From the NCBI RefSeq assembly GCF_009914755.1, contig NC_060931.1: a stretch of 64,000 nucleotides of DNA, one strand, 5' to 3'. The notes below the pieces were generated by a model, which was given only the letters and a program-made list of their open reading frames with translations, made no database searches and was not told the origin of the DNA. Position 1 is the stretch's first letter. The number at the start of each line of letters is the position of its first letter. The position numbers were made by a program, and so were the translations under genes. The DNA is from the human T2T-CHM13v2.0 reference genome, Homo sapiens. Of the stretch, positions 1 through 15,725 are shown in pieces.

Positions 1-231
1 TGAGCTCATCTATGGTAACAGGAGGGAAGGTAGACCTATGGATGCATTATTAGTAGAGGTGTTGGTGGTAGCTTGGGGGAATTTTCTTTCATTTCTTTAT
101 ATTTTCTCAGATCTTCAACTGAGAGTTAGATAGGAGATGCTTCCCATTATTCTTCACACATTGCCCCTGGCCCAGTGAATACCTCTACATAATAGTCCAA
201 ACCCTTCCCTGTGCCCTCTGGAATAGCTTAT

Positions 232-788
232 CCATAATCAGCAAGCCCTCCCCCTGCCAGTTACTCAGCATTTTCTTTCAGCCCACACCTAGCTTTCTCC
301 CCTTGGATCTACATTGCTGGGACTGGAAAATTGCAAACGTCTTTTCTCAGAACCCCTATCAACTGCTTCCTTCTGCCAATAGAAGACAATGGTAGGAGAT
401 CAGAAGGTGAGAGAGAGGGGACAGTTTCCTGCTTCTGGTTGTAGGCAATTGTACTGAAAGCAAGAGTCAGAATTCTGGACTCCAGCAGCCCATCCAGGGC
501 AGCACATTGTTAGTGGTTCTAGCCCTGGCAGAGATGGGTCCAGGACTGGCTATGACAGTTTCCTCAGCAGCATAGTATAATAGCAAGGGCTGGTTTATGG
601 TCATGAGCACCTTCCAATCACTGAGAATCCACCCTTCCCTTTATAATTCTTCAGCCGTTTCAGTTCTCACCTTTTCATCTTCCAGTCCTGCCAAAATCTT
701 TGTAACCAATGTCTTGAATTAAATTCCCATGGTATGAAAGACTTGGAATCATTCCCGTCTTCTTGACCACCAGTCCCTGATTGATACA
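232..788 (+). mobile_element. Ancient ERVL-type solo LTR (LTR33-like)
   Basis: 3' end TTTGTAACCAAT..TTAAATTCCC...CCCTGATTGATACA resembles the LTR33-family terminus; 5' boundary approximate. Confidence 0.5.
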
Positions 789-844
789 CTCAGTACACTC
801 AACCCCCTTTTCAAGGGTTTCCTCCTCCTTCCTGCATTAATTAA

Positions 845-1254
<410 letters not shown>

Positions 1255-1289
1255 CGATACTCCCTGTTACTTCAATATTCTTCCAACCT

Positions 1290-2400
1290 GTCTTCTCAAA
1301 TACTGCTCATCAGAACCATTCCATTTGGCTTTACTACTCTTTAACCATCCCACTTGCACCCAAGCCACCACTTTGTTATTCCCTCTCTTTAGCCAAAGGC
1401 TTTGGCATCCAGCTCCCAACTTGGTTACTACTAAAGTCCTGTCAAAAGGCTGAATGAAACCAATACCTTCACAGATAACCCTCTGACTCACCCGACATCC
1501 GGAGCCTTCAGTTTTTTTACCTCCTCCAGGTTCTTCTTCATTCCAATGTAGTCCCTCATTCATGTCATCTCCTCTATTTCACCTGTTCCCACGAACAAAA
1601 TCATTAATTCTTGCATCACCTTCTTATAATATCTTCTATTTTTAGTGTAGTTGATTGGGTACCCCTTGGCCTTTATTCAACCTTATCTGCACTTCCAATG
1701 CATTGATCCCTCTATTTTCTCTTAATCAACGGTTTCTTTCTTTCCCTCATTTCCCTCCTGAGATAACCTAATTGCATGACTCATTGTTTCAGTAGCCCTC
1801 TTGTCAATTATCTTAACTCTCTTGCTATACTATCTTTAGTTACATGAGTCCAGCAAATCCCCAATCCTGGGTTATCCAGCTCTTTCTCCATGCCTGCACC
1901 TGAGTAGCTAAACATAGTTGTGTGTGGGTGGGGGCATGGAGGATCACATAAAATGGCAGTTTGGTAAATTCCTTTGTAAATTCAAAAGCCCAATATCAAG
2001 CAGGCTCTGAGCCTAACCAGTTCTTAATACTTATCTCTGGTCTATACTTTCTCACTTTCTCCAATAACTTTTTCAGAAAAAAAAAAAAAAATTAAAATTG
2101 TCCTTAAATCTTTAACTCATCCTGCAGCCCCTTTTCTCTCAGCATATGGTGATCTCACACATTAATTCACAGAGAAAATACATGCTATAATATGGGTTCT
2201 CCTCAACTTCTCAATAGCAAATGCACAAACTCATCTATATCTGCCCATCTTTCTTTTTTCCTTCCTTCCTGTTACAATAAAGGAGCTATCCCACACTTAT
2301 TTTAGGCAAATCTCTCCACTTTTACTTTAATTCTATTTCTTCAGAAGTTATCAGAAACTTGTCACTTTTTATTAACACTGCTCTCTGCTTTTCACCCAGA
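1290..2400 (+). mobile_element. Degraded LINE-2 fragments
   Basis: Pyrimidine-rich L2-like text; boundaries approximate. Confidence 0.4.
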
Positions 2401-2414
2401 ATCTTCCCAGCAGC

Positions 2415-3310
<896 letters not shown>

Positions 3311-3936
3311 GCTGTCAACTTTTAAACATGTTCATGCCTCTCCAATAAAAAAATTAAAAACCTGAACCCATGCCCTCCTCCAGCTACTGATCTTTTTCTT
3401 ATCTCCTTCTCAGGGCTGCTTCTTGGAAAACGTTAGCAGGCTCGTTCTTCTTTCCCCAGCCATTAAATGCAGGCACTCCTCCAGGTCCAGTCCCCTGCCT
3501 TTTTTCTTTTCTTTTCTCTATATTCTTTCCCCCGTTGATTCCGGCACTCCTCCAACTTGTTTTCCAAATTGCAACCATTATGACCTTTTCAAAATGTAAA
3601 TCTGATCATACCACCCTTGTTTCAAACATGCAAAGGATTTCCATTGCTTTATAAGTAAGGGGATCTTTAACCTCCCTGAACCTGTCCAGTCTCGCCCACC
3701 TTCCTCTCTGGCCATCCCTCTCACCAGGTGCTCTGTCACTCTAGGAACCCTGTCACATGCCCCCCTGTCCACCATGTGCCTTTGTTCTCACCACTTTCTC
3801 CTCCTGAACTCTACCTTACTCTACCCCATGTCTTAATTTTTCACTTCTATGCTTCACATCTGTGTTTATTCAACACTTCTGTGAAGCAATCCTTGACTTC
3901 TACAGTTTGGTAAAATTCTACAAGTTCCTATAGCGC

Positions 3937-4329
3937 TATTACAAGCTGAATTGCATCCCTCCAAATTCATACACTGAGGTCCTAATCCTCAGTACCACAG
4001 AATGTGATTGTATTTGGAGACAGGACCTTTAAAGAAGTAAGTAAGGTTAAATGAGATCGTATGGGTGGGCTCTAATCCAATATGACTGGTGTCCTTAAAA
4101 GAATAGAAAATGAAGACACAGACAATGCACTGACTGAGAGGTGGTCTGTGAAGACACAGCGAGAAGGTGGCCATCTACAAGCCAAAGACAGAGGCCTCAG
4201 AAGAAACAAATCCTGCCAGCACCTTAATCTTGGAGTTCGACCTTCCAGAATTGTAAGAAAATAAAGTCCTGCTGTTTAATTTACCCAGTCTGCAGCACTT
4301 CGTTGTGGCAGCGCTAGATGACTACTACA
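3937..4329 (+). mobile_element. MLT1B-like MaLR solo LTR
   Basis: Matches recalled MLT1B end to end (GCTGAATTG..CAAATTCATA; GTGGGCTCTAATCCAATATGACTGGTGTCCTT; AATAAA; ..CTACTACA). Confidence 0.85.
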
Positions 4330-5561
4330 ATTAATTACTCTGTATCTGTCTCCCTCCAATTCACTTGCCAGAGAGTTCATTTTATCTTTTATTTGCTTTA
4401 TTTTTAAAAAATTAATGCCCCTCTCTCTCTCTGTTTCTCTATCTTCCCCCCCGCCACCCCCCGACCCCCTGCACCTCTTGTATAAGTTCCATGAAGGCAA
4501 GGATTATTCCTCTTCTTATTCACCATTTTATTCCAGGTACACAATAGAGTGATTGGCATAAAGCAGGAATTCAATGTACAGGTATATTTCTTGGGAAAAA
4601 AATGGGTGAAGAAATGACTGAAAAAATAAATGAATACAGATTTATTTAATTGAACTAAATTTCTCTTTCATTTATTAAACTTTTATTTTAATTCAGTACC
4701 CCATGAAATACCAAGCCCTGTGGTGGATGGTCCTTGTCTTCAAAGAGTTCCCAATCAAGTTGAGAAGTCAAAGAGCAAACAAAAAAACTAAAGCAGAAAG
4801 GGCTAGTTCCCCAGGTAGTGACACATGCATACTTAATCTGGAGCCCAAATTCAGGAACAAACAACACTGAAGAGTCAGAGGTTTCATTTGAGCAGATGAG
4901 CCAGGGTCTAGGTCTTGAAAGAAGAGTGAGAAGAAAGAACCAAGAAGAGTAAAAGGAAATTCAGGCAGTAGGGAATGGAGAAGCAAAGCTTTGATGTTTG
5001 GAAACTAACAAGGAGTTTTTTAATCACTAGAATTGCACTTGTCATTAAATTCTGCAGATTATGATGTAAGAGTTCTTGAAGCTAAAGGGGGTTAAGCTCA
5101 AATGTAGTTAATGACAGAGTAAAATTAAATAGGTATCTTTACTACAGGACTTTTCTGAGCATTTAATATGCTAATGTGCATGTGAGTTTTCAAAAGAAGA
5201 ATGAGATATTTCTTTAATGCCCTTTTTCTTTCCATAGTGTACCTTTATAAGACTACTGGTCTGTTTTATACTCTTCGGGAAACACGAGGTCAAAGCACAG
5301 TGTATTAGAAGGAGGGTGGTAAGAGATCATCCAGAAAAATAGGTTGCTATTTGATAATAGGTCCAAGAATCCATAAGAAATAGTCAGACCATGATAACAT
5401 ATCATTTAAATATTTTAAAGAAATATGATCCCACTAGACAGGAAGAACTGTTAATGGAATCTGTCAGTAAATATATTATTCGAATCATATCAGGCAGTGA
5501 AGCAACTTGGACAGGACACTGAAGATTTAAAGCACATTTCAGAATTAAGTAACCTGGTAAC

Positions 5562-5933
5562 TTATATGGTTTGGCTGTGTCCACACCCAAATCTCATCTT
5601 GAACTTTAGTGCTCATAATCCCCATGTGTCATGGGAGGGACCCAATAGCCGGTAATTGAATCACGCGGACAGTTTCCTCATGCTGTTCTCATGATAGTGA
5701 GTGAGTTCTCACGAGATCTGATGCTATTATAAGGGGCTTTCCCCATTCATTCTGCACTTCTCCTTGCTGTCATCATCTGAAGAAGGAATTATTTGCTTCC
5801 CCTTCTGCCATGATTATAAGTTTCCCGAGGCCTCCCCAACCATGCTGAACTGTGAGTCAATTAAACCTCTTATCTTTATAAATTACCCAGTCTTGGGTAT
5901 GTCTTTACAGCAGCATGAAAACGGACTAATATG
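5562..5933 (+). mobile_element. THE1C/THE1D MaLR solo LTR
   Basis: ATATGGTTTGGCTGTGTCC..CCCAAATCTCATCTTGAA start; TAAATTACCCAGTC..GGACTAATA end. Confidence 0.92.
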
Positions 5934-6189
5934 GTACATTTAATTTGGGGTTTCTTTGTAGATTAGAGAGCCCATGTTAAAATGCGTGTAAATAGGATTC
6001 AGTGTGCCCCCTCAGTGTCAGGAGCAAGAGTCAAGTCAAACATTCAAGATCAAGCATTTAGTAGAAATTCCATATAAAATTTATCAACAGTATAAGTAAT
6101 TAATATAGTTGATGTATAAGTAACATCAGTGTACTGAAATAGAAAAGGCACATTGCTTGGAATGATAGAACTATCCCCTTGGTAGATCG

Positions 6190-6663
6190 ACCAGGCTCAG
6201 ATTGGATTCGATTATATGTAACAAATAAACAGAAATAACCCTTTTTTTTTCTTGAAAGAAAACTCCAAATAGTTTAGAGATATCATAGAAGGTCTATGTT
6301 TATCAAGAACTCAAATTCCTTCTATTTTCTACTTCACCATCCAGGATTATGGCTTGGAGCCTCAAATCACTTTGTGATTCAAGATGGCAACTGGAAGAAA
6401 GAGGAGATAAGAAAAAGGTAAGGGGAAAAAAAAAAAGCCTGATAACCAATAAGTCATTGCTCTTTAAACAGCTCTCCTAGAAATCACACACAACACTTCC
6501 ACTTCACTGGCCAGATGTTGGTCTCATATGCACCCCAAAATGCAAAACAATTTGGGAAATGTAATTTATCTGGCCTACTGTTACTCTAAACAAAACCAAG
6601 ATCTTGTTACTAAGAAAGAATAAGAGATTAGAAACTACATGGCAGCCAGCAGTCTCTGCTACA
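6190..6663 (-). mobile_element. Old MLT1 (J/K-like) LTR
   Basis: CAAGATGGC, ACTTCC..CACTGGCCAGA, TGGGAAATGTA and CAGCAGTCTCTGCTACA terminus. Confidence 0.6.
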
Positions 6664-9600
6664 ATGGATGTCATATAAACCTGGGGAATTTAGAAATAAA
6701 TACGTAGATAATAAAGTAAACTAAAACCACATTATTAACTTGGGAGTTATAAATAGGAGCATATGTATATATTTGGTATTTTAATATTTTTAATGCATAA
6801 GAGAATTTGGCATATTGGAGCATCAAATAAATTAGTTCTGCAATTCCCATTTAAATTATATAATTAGATAATTTGTCAAACTTTGCACTTTAATTTCAAA
6901 GACATAAGAGAATTTTCCTAAGTTTAGAAGTAGTATCAAGGCATTTAAAAAAAAAACAACTGTCATCATACTCGAAAATTTAATTTATTGTGTTTCTTAA
7001 AATTCACTTAAGTAATTAAAAGATTTTATTTGTTATTTAGTTTACGGTCTTAAAAAATCAAGTATTTTAAATTTAAAAATTCAGTTAGAAATATTTAAGC
7101 AATTTTAATTAATTAGGTTTTGAAGATCTGCTTGAAAGTGATTGCTGAGATATGCTTTTCTAAGTTGAATGTAAACGACAGAGGAAAAAATATATCTGTA
7201 ATAAGTCAAATATTAATTTGAAAATCCAAAAGAATCACAAGTAGTCTTTTCTGCACATTAAGCCTGCCCTCAAAGACACCAGAAAAACATTATGTTGTTA
7301 AGCATGCATTTATGAAAGAGTGTTAAAATAATGAGTTCTAAGTATTTGGGGCTTTTTTTGTGTAAGTAAAGTGAGTTTATTGGAAGCTTTGGAGCAATAG
7401 AATGTCATTATCACATTTTTATCTCACAAGATAATTCTGATGGCAGTGAAATGCCCTTTCCCCACTTTTCTGCCAGGTGACACCCTACTCAATTCCTCAA
7501 GCACTAACTTCAACCACACCTCCTCCAAGAAATCCAAACCCACACGAAATCAATCCCAGGCAGAATTAAGAGCTTCTTCTCTGTACACTGTTGCACTTTA
7601 ACACATCCTGTATAATGATCATTTCATTTCAACGAGGTCTTTTGGGTTCTGTCTCCCAGTAAGCCATGAAGCTAGACCATCATACTCATTTTTAGATTTT
7701 TTTGTTTGTGTTTAACATGGAACCATATTTCAAGTGGATGGAATCTAATTGAAATTCAAAGCCTAGGACTGTATTCTGAATTCAGTACAATTCCACTGAA
7801 GTGCAGATATCATATGACACCCTACCTAAGAAAGGGCAATCTCCTTTTTCCTCTTGAATTTTGATTGCAATTATAAGTAAATAGCAAGTCATAATTATTA
7901 ATTCTTTTTATCCAAGATACATTTGGCACCACAGAAAAAGAACTGGCTCTTCTAGCATTTCCTATCAACAGGTTTTCAGCTGTGTACTCACTTGCAAATG
8001 ATTACACATTCACAGGAAAGAAATGTATTTAGGTTGGAAAAAGTCCCAGAAGGCCCATAGGGTGGGCATTTGATTCCTTGATAAAAAGCCAAGCCCCACT
8101 GTCTGGAAAGGAGGAAATTAGAAAAGGGGGAAAGAACCATTTGCTTCAGGGCCTAAAATAACACCAATTGCAGCACGAACTATGAGAAGCAAGATAGCAG
8201 AATTAAACAGTAGAGAAAAATTGCCGCCTAAGACTTCTTCAGCTACAAAATAACTTAGAAAATAATTTCAAAATAATTTCCCAATACACAACAATATTTT
8301 CAGCAAGAATATATCGAAAGGCAATTTGGCAAGATGTTTTGGAGGACTTCAACACAAGAAAAGATGAATTTTTACATTAAGAAGAGATGAATAAATATTA
8401 ATGTACCAACAAAAACTATTGATGTACCTTTCAATTCTAAAATTGTATTTCTGTATGTGAGTTATTTCCTTTTGTGCATGTGTATGTGTCTCTTCTCACC
8501 CGACCTCTCTCACTCTCTTAATTATACTGTAAAAATGAAGCCAGCAGGAACTGCTTCTTAACCGTTAATCATTATCCGCCCTGGCTGTTGTAATTTTTTT
8601 TTCTTTTCTTATGGAGAAATTTTTCTTTCCATTGCCTATACTTCTCTCCAGCACATTAATTATCTTTCCTGTGACAAGCCCCTAATCCATTTTTGTTCTG
8701 TGAAATCTGTAGCACTTAATGAAGATTATTCTCACTTTGTAAAGGCTTTAGAAGGGACTTTTCAGATCCTGTCTAAATGAGGGCCTCTTAAGTCATATGA
8801 TGAGCTTAGATTGGAGCCCTGGTCTCTCAGATTTGATTAGCAGGTCCCGATGGCTTGCTACTACTTTGCTCAGCTCTGTGATTTTAGCAAGAAAAAAAGC
8901 AAAAATGAAAAACAAGAGTAGCTATCTGGATAATAGCAGGAACAAGTTGGAGAGGAGAACATTCACCTGCCATATGCACTATAACTGAATATAGTCATTA
9001 GCTACAGATGCCTGGTAATTTGAAATGGGGACCTTTATGCCTCTTATCTTGGGTAGTCTCAGACTTGAGACCAGTATGTGTAAATAAGAGCCTCTTCATC
9101 TTCCACTGGGGCTTAGAATTAGTAATTCTAGCTTGTGGTTCTCCCTTCCTGTATCTTCGTGACCTTTCTGCCTTTTAAACAATCAGCCCTTCATGATTAT
9201 GCTTATTTTTAGGTCTGCTTTCACTATTCTCCCCCAGGAAGAGAAAAATATATAATGCATTAAATCCCAGTTCCAGGAAAACAGCATCCAGGTCTAAAAA
9301 GCAGATGTCATTGTGACTATCACTAACAGAACTTCAATGACATGCTTTCCATCTTCTCTCACATTTGAGGGGTATGCCATTACCAGCCTTATGCTGTTGG
9401 AAACGTACACACCTTACCAGATGTTAATTAGATTTGGGCTTCCAATATTCCAATATTCCCCAAAATTAGTGATAAACACACACTCAGGGATTTTAACTCA
9501 GAACTACACATCGGGCAACTTATGGACCACCTGTGGCTGAAATAGTGAAGTTAATGGCTGGGAAAAAGATGTCATGATTTTGAAATAAATCTAAAGAATA

Positions 9601-9689
9601 GAAAGTAAGAAATGATAGTTTTCTTCAGTAACTGTGATTAAACTCACTTCTGCTTCTTCAGATCAGATGAGAAAGAAATTATAACAACA

Positions 9690-9905
9690 AGAATAACAAT
9701 AACAATACCTATTGAGAATGTACCAAGGGATTTCTTTAATTGTACCAAGGGATCTCTTTCATTAATTTGTTATAACAAATCTATAGGAAAAATTTTTTTT
9801 GTTAATGTTTCCATGTTACATTTATATAAATTTAGGAAATAGAAGAATTGAGACTCCAAGCCGAGATTTTGTTAAGTCAGAGCCTGCGCTCTTAATCACT
9901 AACTT
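9690..9905 (-). mobile_element. MIR SINE remnant
   Basis: Ends in CAGAGCCTGCGCTCTTAATCACT, the antisense of the MIR 5' end. Confidence 0.55.
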
Positions 9906-10149
9906 TTTCACCGCAGGGCCACCAGACCCCAGGTAGAACTCTGCTCACATTCCTCCTTCCAAGCTACACCTAAGCCTAGGCCTAGGCCTCTGATGGAGTT
10001 TCACCAAGCAACGAGCATGGAAAGGAGTGCAACTAGTTTGCAAACCTTTATGATGTGGATGAGGCATGATTCGGAAAACAAACACAGGAAGACAACCTCT
10101 CATGGGAAAGGCCATCCTTAGCCTGATGTCCAAGACAATAGAGATTCTG

Positions 10150-10553
10150 GAACATTGCCTGAAACTTTTATCTTCTGGCCTTCACACATGCGGTTCCTCT
10201 CCCTAGAATATTGTCTTTTTTCCCCCTTTCCTTGCCCCACCCAAACCCTGACTTCACTTGAAAACTCTTATTTTTCTTTCAGACTCAACTTGAAACTCAC
10301 TTCCTCCATCAAGCCTTCCCCAATCCCCTAGACCAAGTGAGAGAAGCCCCCATTATGGGCCCCTGTGGCCCCCTATACTTAGCTTAGTATAACATATGTC
10401 ATCATTTATCAAACTTTCTTGTTTTATTGCCCTTCTTCCTTACTGGATTATGAATTCCATGAAAGCTGAAAAATTATGTCTGCCTTATTGCCCAATTCAT
10501 TTCCATTCCCTGTACAGGTAATTGCTGAATAATAGAGTAAGTGAATGAATGAA
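10150..10553 (+). mobile_element. LINE-2 3' end
   Basis: CACTTCCTCC..AAGCCTTCCC, TTCCATGA and (GAAT)n terminus. Confidence 0.65.
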
Positions 10554-11739
10554 GAATCAACACATCTCCTACCAGTACAGAGTACTGAATTCTGAATTCC
10601 TTTTTCTGAAAATCCTAAAAAGCAGGGTCAATGGTTATATATCTAAGATGAACTAACTGTCTTTTCCAGGTCCCTTCTAGTCCCACAATTCCTTTATTTT
10701 TTAATCAAAACTGCCAACACAAGTTTTAAATTAATAATAGCATTGTCGTCATTATTTCACCACTTCAGTAGATGAGTGCCTGAGATGCAGGTGACTAGAA
10801 GGACTGGCCTCATCTAATCAAGCCCTGAACAGCACTTGTCTCGAGGTGTGAGGGCAACCATTCCACTCTCCACATTAATGCCATTAGGTAAAAGAGACAA
10901 TAAGGAGATTTTTGTGTAGTAGAATTCTCTAGCATATACAGTTTTACCCTTGCCACCGATTAATTTACCAACCTCACAATCTTTACTCCAGGGTAAACAG
11001 ATTTAAAACAAAAAAGTTGAAGTCTCATGGTAGCCAGGTGAATTTCTGTGCAAATATTTTACTATGTTCATCTGACAAAAATAATTCAGGACATGCCATT
11101 CTTAACAATCACCTCTGTCAATACTACTGATTAATCTGCAATTTCTTTCACAGTCGGAATAACGGCATTGATCAATTCAGTGGACACCTTTGAGCATAAC
11201 ATAAAGGATTTGATATACCCTTCAAGATGAACTAGGGGCCTTTGTCTTTGGCACTTTCTATTACTTTCCTGTATGGCCAAACTATGAGACTTGACAGCTT
11301 ACTCTTGAGTTTGTAAACTGGAATATTCAACAAAAACTAAAATTGCAGAAAAGCGTCAGTCATTCATATAAAGTACTGCTTCTTAATTTCCATATTCCCT
11401 GAAGGAGCCACCTCTACCCATTTTAACCTATGTTAGATGAGAAAACTGAGGCACTGAGGAGTCAAAGTCATAATATATTTGAGTAATCTGACAATCATTT
11501 TCATTTTTCCTCTTGACTCTCTTGATGAAGTAATGTTCATTTGGAAGAGAAAATATGAAGGACCTAAGAAAATAAACTGAATTATTACAAATTTTAAATA
11601 CTTAAATCCAAGAAAAGTCATTGGACTATAATCTTCATAGACAAACTATTGTCTTCTGTCTTGAATTTCTGGCCTAATGTCTGGAGTATAGCTAGTGCTT
11701 AATATAAAGCAAATAAGTGATATACCCATAACATTCTTA

Positions 11740-12926
11740 ACCATTTTAGGAGGCCTCACAGGATCTGCCCTTTTATTACCTCTCTAGAGCCATCTCTCAA
11801 TATTCCTCCCTTGCTGACTACCCCCAGAGATAATCAGGACTTCTTCCATTTTCTCAAACTTGTTTTGCATTCTTTTGCCTTGGAAATTTCAAGCATTTTG
11901 TTCCCTCTACCTGCAGCACTCCCCTCACTCTTCACCCACCCCCCTGGAGATGCTTCGGTCTTACCTCAAATGACACTTCCAGTGAGAAGTCTTCCCTCAC
12001 ATGGTCAGCTTCTCTTCCTATGCATTCCTACCACCTGCCTTTATCTGTCCCGGATCTTACCCCACCTCCTTGGCATTGCCTACCTAACTCTGGGACTTCC
12101 CAGTAGATTATCTGTCCCTTGAGGACAAAAATTGTGTCTGTTTAATATTAACAAGGTCTCCATTTGTTGCAAGTGACAGAAAGCCTACTGAAATTCACGT
12201 ATGATAAAAAGTGGATATATTGCCTATATATTCAGGCATTCCAGATACTTATTTGAAATTGTCAGTCTTCTCTTTCTCTTTGTCCATCTCCATCTCTTAC
12301 CTGCGCTTCTCTCTCTATGCTCCTTTTCTTCTATTTCTAGCTCCCTTCATCATCCATGGTCTCTATATCTCTATCTTCTCTTCATCTCTAGCTCACCAAC
12401 TTTCACCTGTACTTCTCTTGATATGTTAGTGATCTTCTTTCTCACTATCGATAACTTCCTGCAAATGTTAGGAGAGAACCTAGGATGGGGGCTGGTTTGG
12501 CTATAAACAGCTTTAGATTACATCATCACAATTCAATAATCAAAACAAAAAAATCCTCTGTCTCCTAGCATCCAAGTACAAAATCTGAGCTGGGTTTAGA
12601 CTAATGCTCTGAGATTGGTCCAGTGCTAGGACCAATAGCTATAGCCAGAGGTAGGAACCACTGTGGCTAATCAGTCATGTAGCATACTCCCAGCCATCTG
12701 GCCTGGACCAGTGGGGCCATGTGATAGGCAGCCCTACCAGAATTGGAATTGAGGAGGGAGGTTTTCCTCAAGTGAAAAGGGTACTGTCACTAGAAGAGAG
12801 GGGAAGTAATGCTGTGTGAACAAACAATAAAATCCACCCACACCAGATTAACATTTTATTCTCAGACCCTACCATTAAATCTGTCATGTGATTATTGGTC
12901 AATAAATGCTTAGTGAATGAATGAAC
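11740..12926 (+). mobile_element. LINE-2 3' region interrupted by an MLT1K-like LTR (~12150-12843, minus strand)
   Basis: L2 text stops ~12145 and resumes ~12850 to CAATAAATGCTTAGTGAATGAATGAA; the insert has GTTGCAAGTGACAGAAA and GATTGGTCC..GACCAAT MLT1K-like motifs. Confidence 0.6.
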
Positions 12927-14144
12927 TTAGGAAATGCATTTTGAGGCCAATATATTCCCTGTATTAATATTTGGGGTATTGGAACTCATGAGTGAGGATG
13001 AAAAGAAACATAGCTATTTCTTATAGCAAGTAAAAGAGAACAACGTGTTTTCATGGCCAAAAAGCTAATCCTATGCTTAATAAAGATTGCAAATGCAATA
13101 TACTTAAAATTGTGTCACAGAATGTCCACTGAAAGATCAATATATTTGATTGAAGATTGTGTAATGATTAATTATATAATTGATGATTATATAATGTCCT
13201 GCCTGGCTCCCTATTCCTAGTCTCAAATAAGCCTGACTAACAGATATGCCTGTTCTGTCAAACTCTCATCTTAGAGCTTAGGTCTATCTTTTAACTGAGG
13301 CCAATCCATATTCTAAGCAGGGGCCACTTATACATCTCATTGTATGGGTCCCTGTATTAGTTCATTTTCACACTGCTGATAAAGACATACCCATGTCTGG
13401 GGAGAAAAAGAGGTTTAATTGGACTTACAGTTCCACATGGCTGGGGAGGACTCAGAATCACGGCAGGAGGCAAAAGGCACTTCTTACATGGTGTCAGCAA
13501 GAGAAAATGAGAAAGAAGCAAATGTGGAAACCCGTGATAAACCCATCAGATCTCGTGAGACTTATTCACTATCACAAGAATAAGATGGGAAACACTTGTC
13601 CCCATGATTCAATTACTTCCCCCTATGTCCCTCCCACAACATGTGGGAATGCTGGGAGCTACAATTCAAGTTGAGATTTGGGTGGGGGCACAGCTAAACT
13701 GTATCATTCTGCCCCTGACCTCTCCAAATCTCATGTCCTTACATTTCAAAACCAATCGTGCCTTCCCAACAGTCCCCCAAAGTCTTAACTCATTTCAGCA
13801 TTAAGCCAAAAGTCCACAGTCCAAAGTCTCATCTGAGACAAGGCAAGTGCCTTCTGACCATGAGCCTGTAAAATCAAAAGCAAGCTAGTTACTCCCGAGT
13901 TACAATGTGGTTATAAGCATTGGGTAAATACAGCCATTCCAAATGGGAGAAACTGGCCAAGGGAATACAGGGCCAATGGAAGTCCAGAATCCAGCTGGAC
14001 AGTCAAATTTTAAAGCTCCAAAATGATCTCCTTTGACTCCAGGTCTCATATCCAGGTCACACTAATACAAGAGGTGGGTACCTATGGTCTTGGGTAGCTC
14101 CACCCCTGAGACTTTGCAAGGTACAGCCTCCCTCCTGGCTGCTT

Positions 14145-15184
14145 TTACAGGCTGGCACTGAGTGTCTGCAGCTTTTCCAGGCACAGAGTGTAAGCTGTCA
14201 GTAAGCATCTACTATTCCAGGGTCTGGAGGACAGTGGCCCTCTTCTCAAAGCTTCACTAGGCAGTGCCCCAGTAGGAGCTCTGTGTGGGGGCTCTGACCC
14301 CATATTTCCCTTCTGCACTGCCCTAGCAGAGATTCTCCATGAGGGCCCCAACCCTGCAGCAAACTTTTGCCTGGGCATCCAGGTGTTTCCATACATCTTC
14401 TGAAATCTAGGTGGAGGTTCCCAAACCTTAATTCTTGACTTCTGTGCATTCACAGGCTCAACACTACATGGAAGCTGCCAGGGCTTGGAGCTTCCACCCT
14501 CTGAAGCCACAGCCCAAGCTCTATGTTGGCCCCTTTCAGCCATGGCTGCAGCAGCTGAGACACAGGGCACCAAGTCCTGGGCTGCACACAGCATGGGGAG
14601 CCTGGACCTGGCCCATGAAACCACTTTTTGCCCCTGGGAACCCAGGCCTATGATGGGAGGTGCTGCCTTGAAGGTCTCTTACATGGCCTGGAGACATTTT
14701 CCCCATGGTCTTGGGGGTTAACATTAGGCTCCTTGCTACTTATGCAATCTTCTGCAGCTGGCTTGAATTTCTCCTCAAAAAACAGGATTTTCTTTTCTAC
14801 TGCATCGTCAGGGTGCAAATTTTCTGAACTTTTATGCTTTGTTTCCCTTTTAAAATGGAATGCTTTTAACAGCACCCAAGTCACCTTTTGAATGCTTTGC
14901 TGCTTAGAAATTTCTTCTGCCAGATACCCTAAATCATCTCTCTCAAGTTCAAAGTTCCACAAATCCCCAGGGGAGGGGCAAAATGCTGCCAGTCTCTGTG
15001 CTAAAACATAGCAAGAGTCACCTTTGCTCCAGTTCCCAACAAGTTCCTTATGTCTATCTGAGACCACCTCAGCCTGGATTTTATTGTCCATATTGCTAGC
15101 AGTATTTTGGGCAAAGCCACTCAAAAAATTTTTAGGAATTTTCAAAATTTCCCACATTTTCCTGTCTTCTTCTGATCCCTTCAA
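14145..15184 (-). pseudogene. Broken remnant of the MaLR (THE1-int) internal ORF
   Basis: ORFs 14648..15184 (178 aa) and 14145..14624 (159 aa) lie on the element's sense strand within THE1-int; not a host gene. Confidence 0.6.
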
Positions 15185-15411
15185 ACTGTTCCAATCTCTA
15201 CCTGTTACCTACTTCCAAAGTTGCTTCCACATTTTCAGGTATCTTTTCAGCAACACCCCACTCCTGGTACCAATTTAATGTATTAGTTCATTTTTATGCT
15301 GCTGATAAAGACATACCTAAGACTGGGAAGAAAAAGAGATTTAATTGGACTTACAGTTCCACATGGCTTGGGAGGCCTCAGAATCGTGGTGGGAGGTGAA
15401 AGGCACTTCTT

Positions 15412-15725
<314 letters not shown>

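Noticed and set aside
5140-5290. Possible hAT/Charlie-type DNA transposon remnant (TTTAATATGCTAATGTGCAT)
   Set aside because: Too degraded to name or delimit from memory
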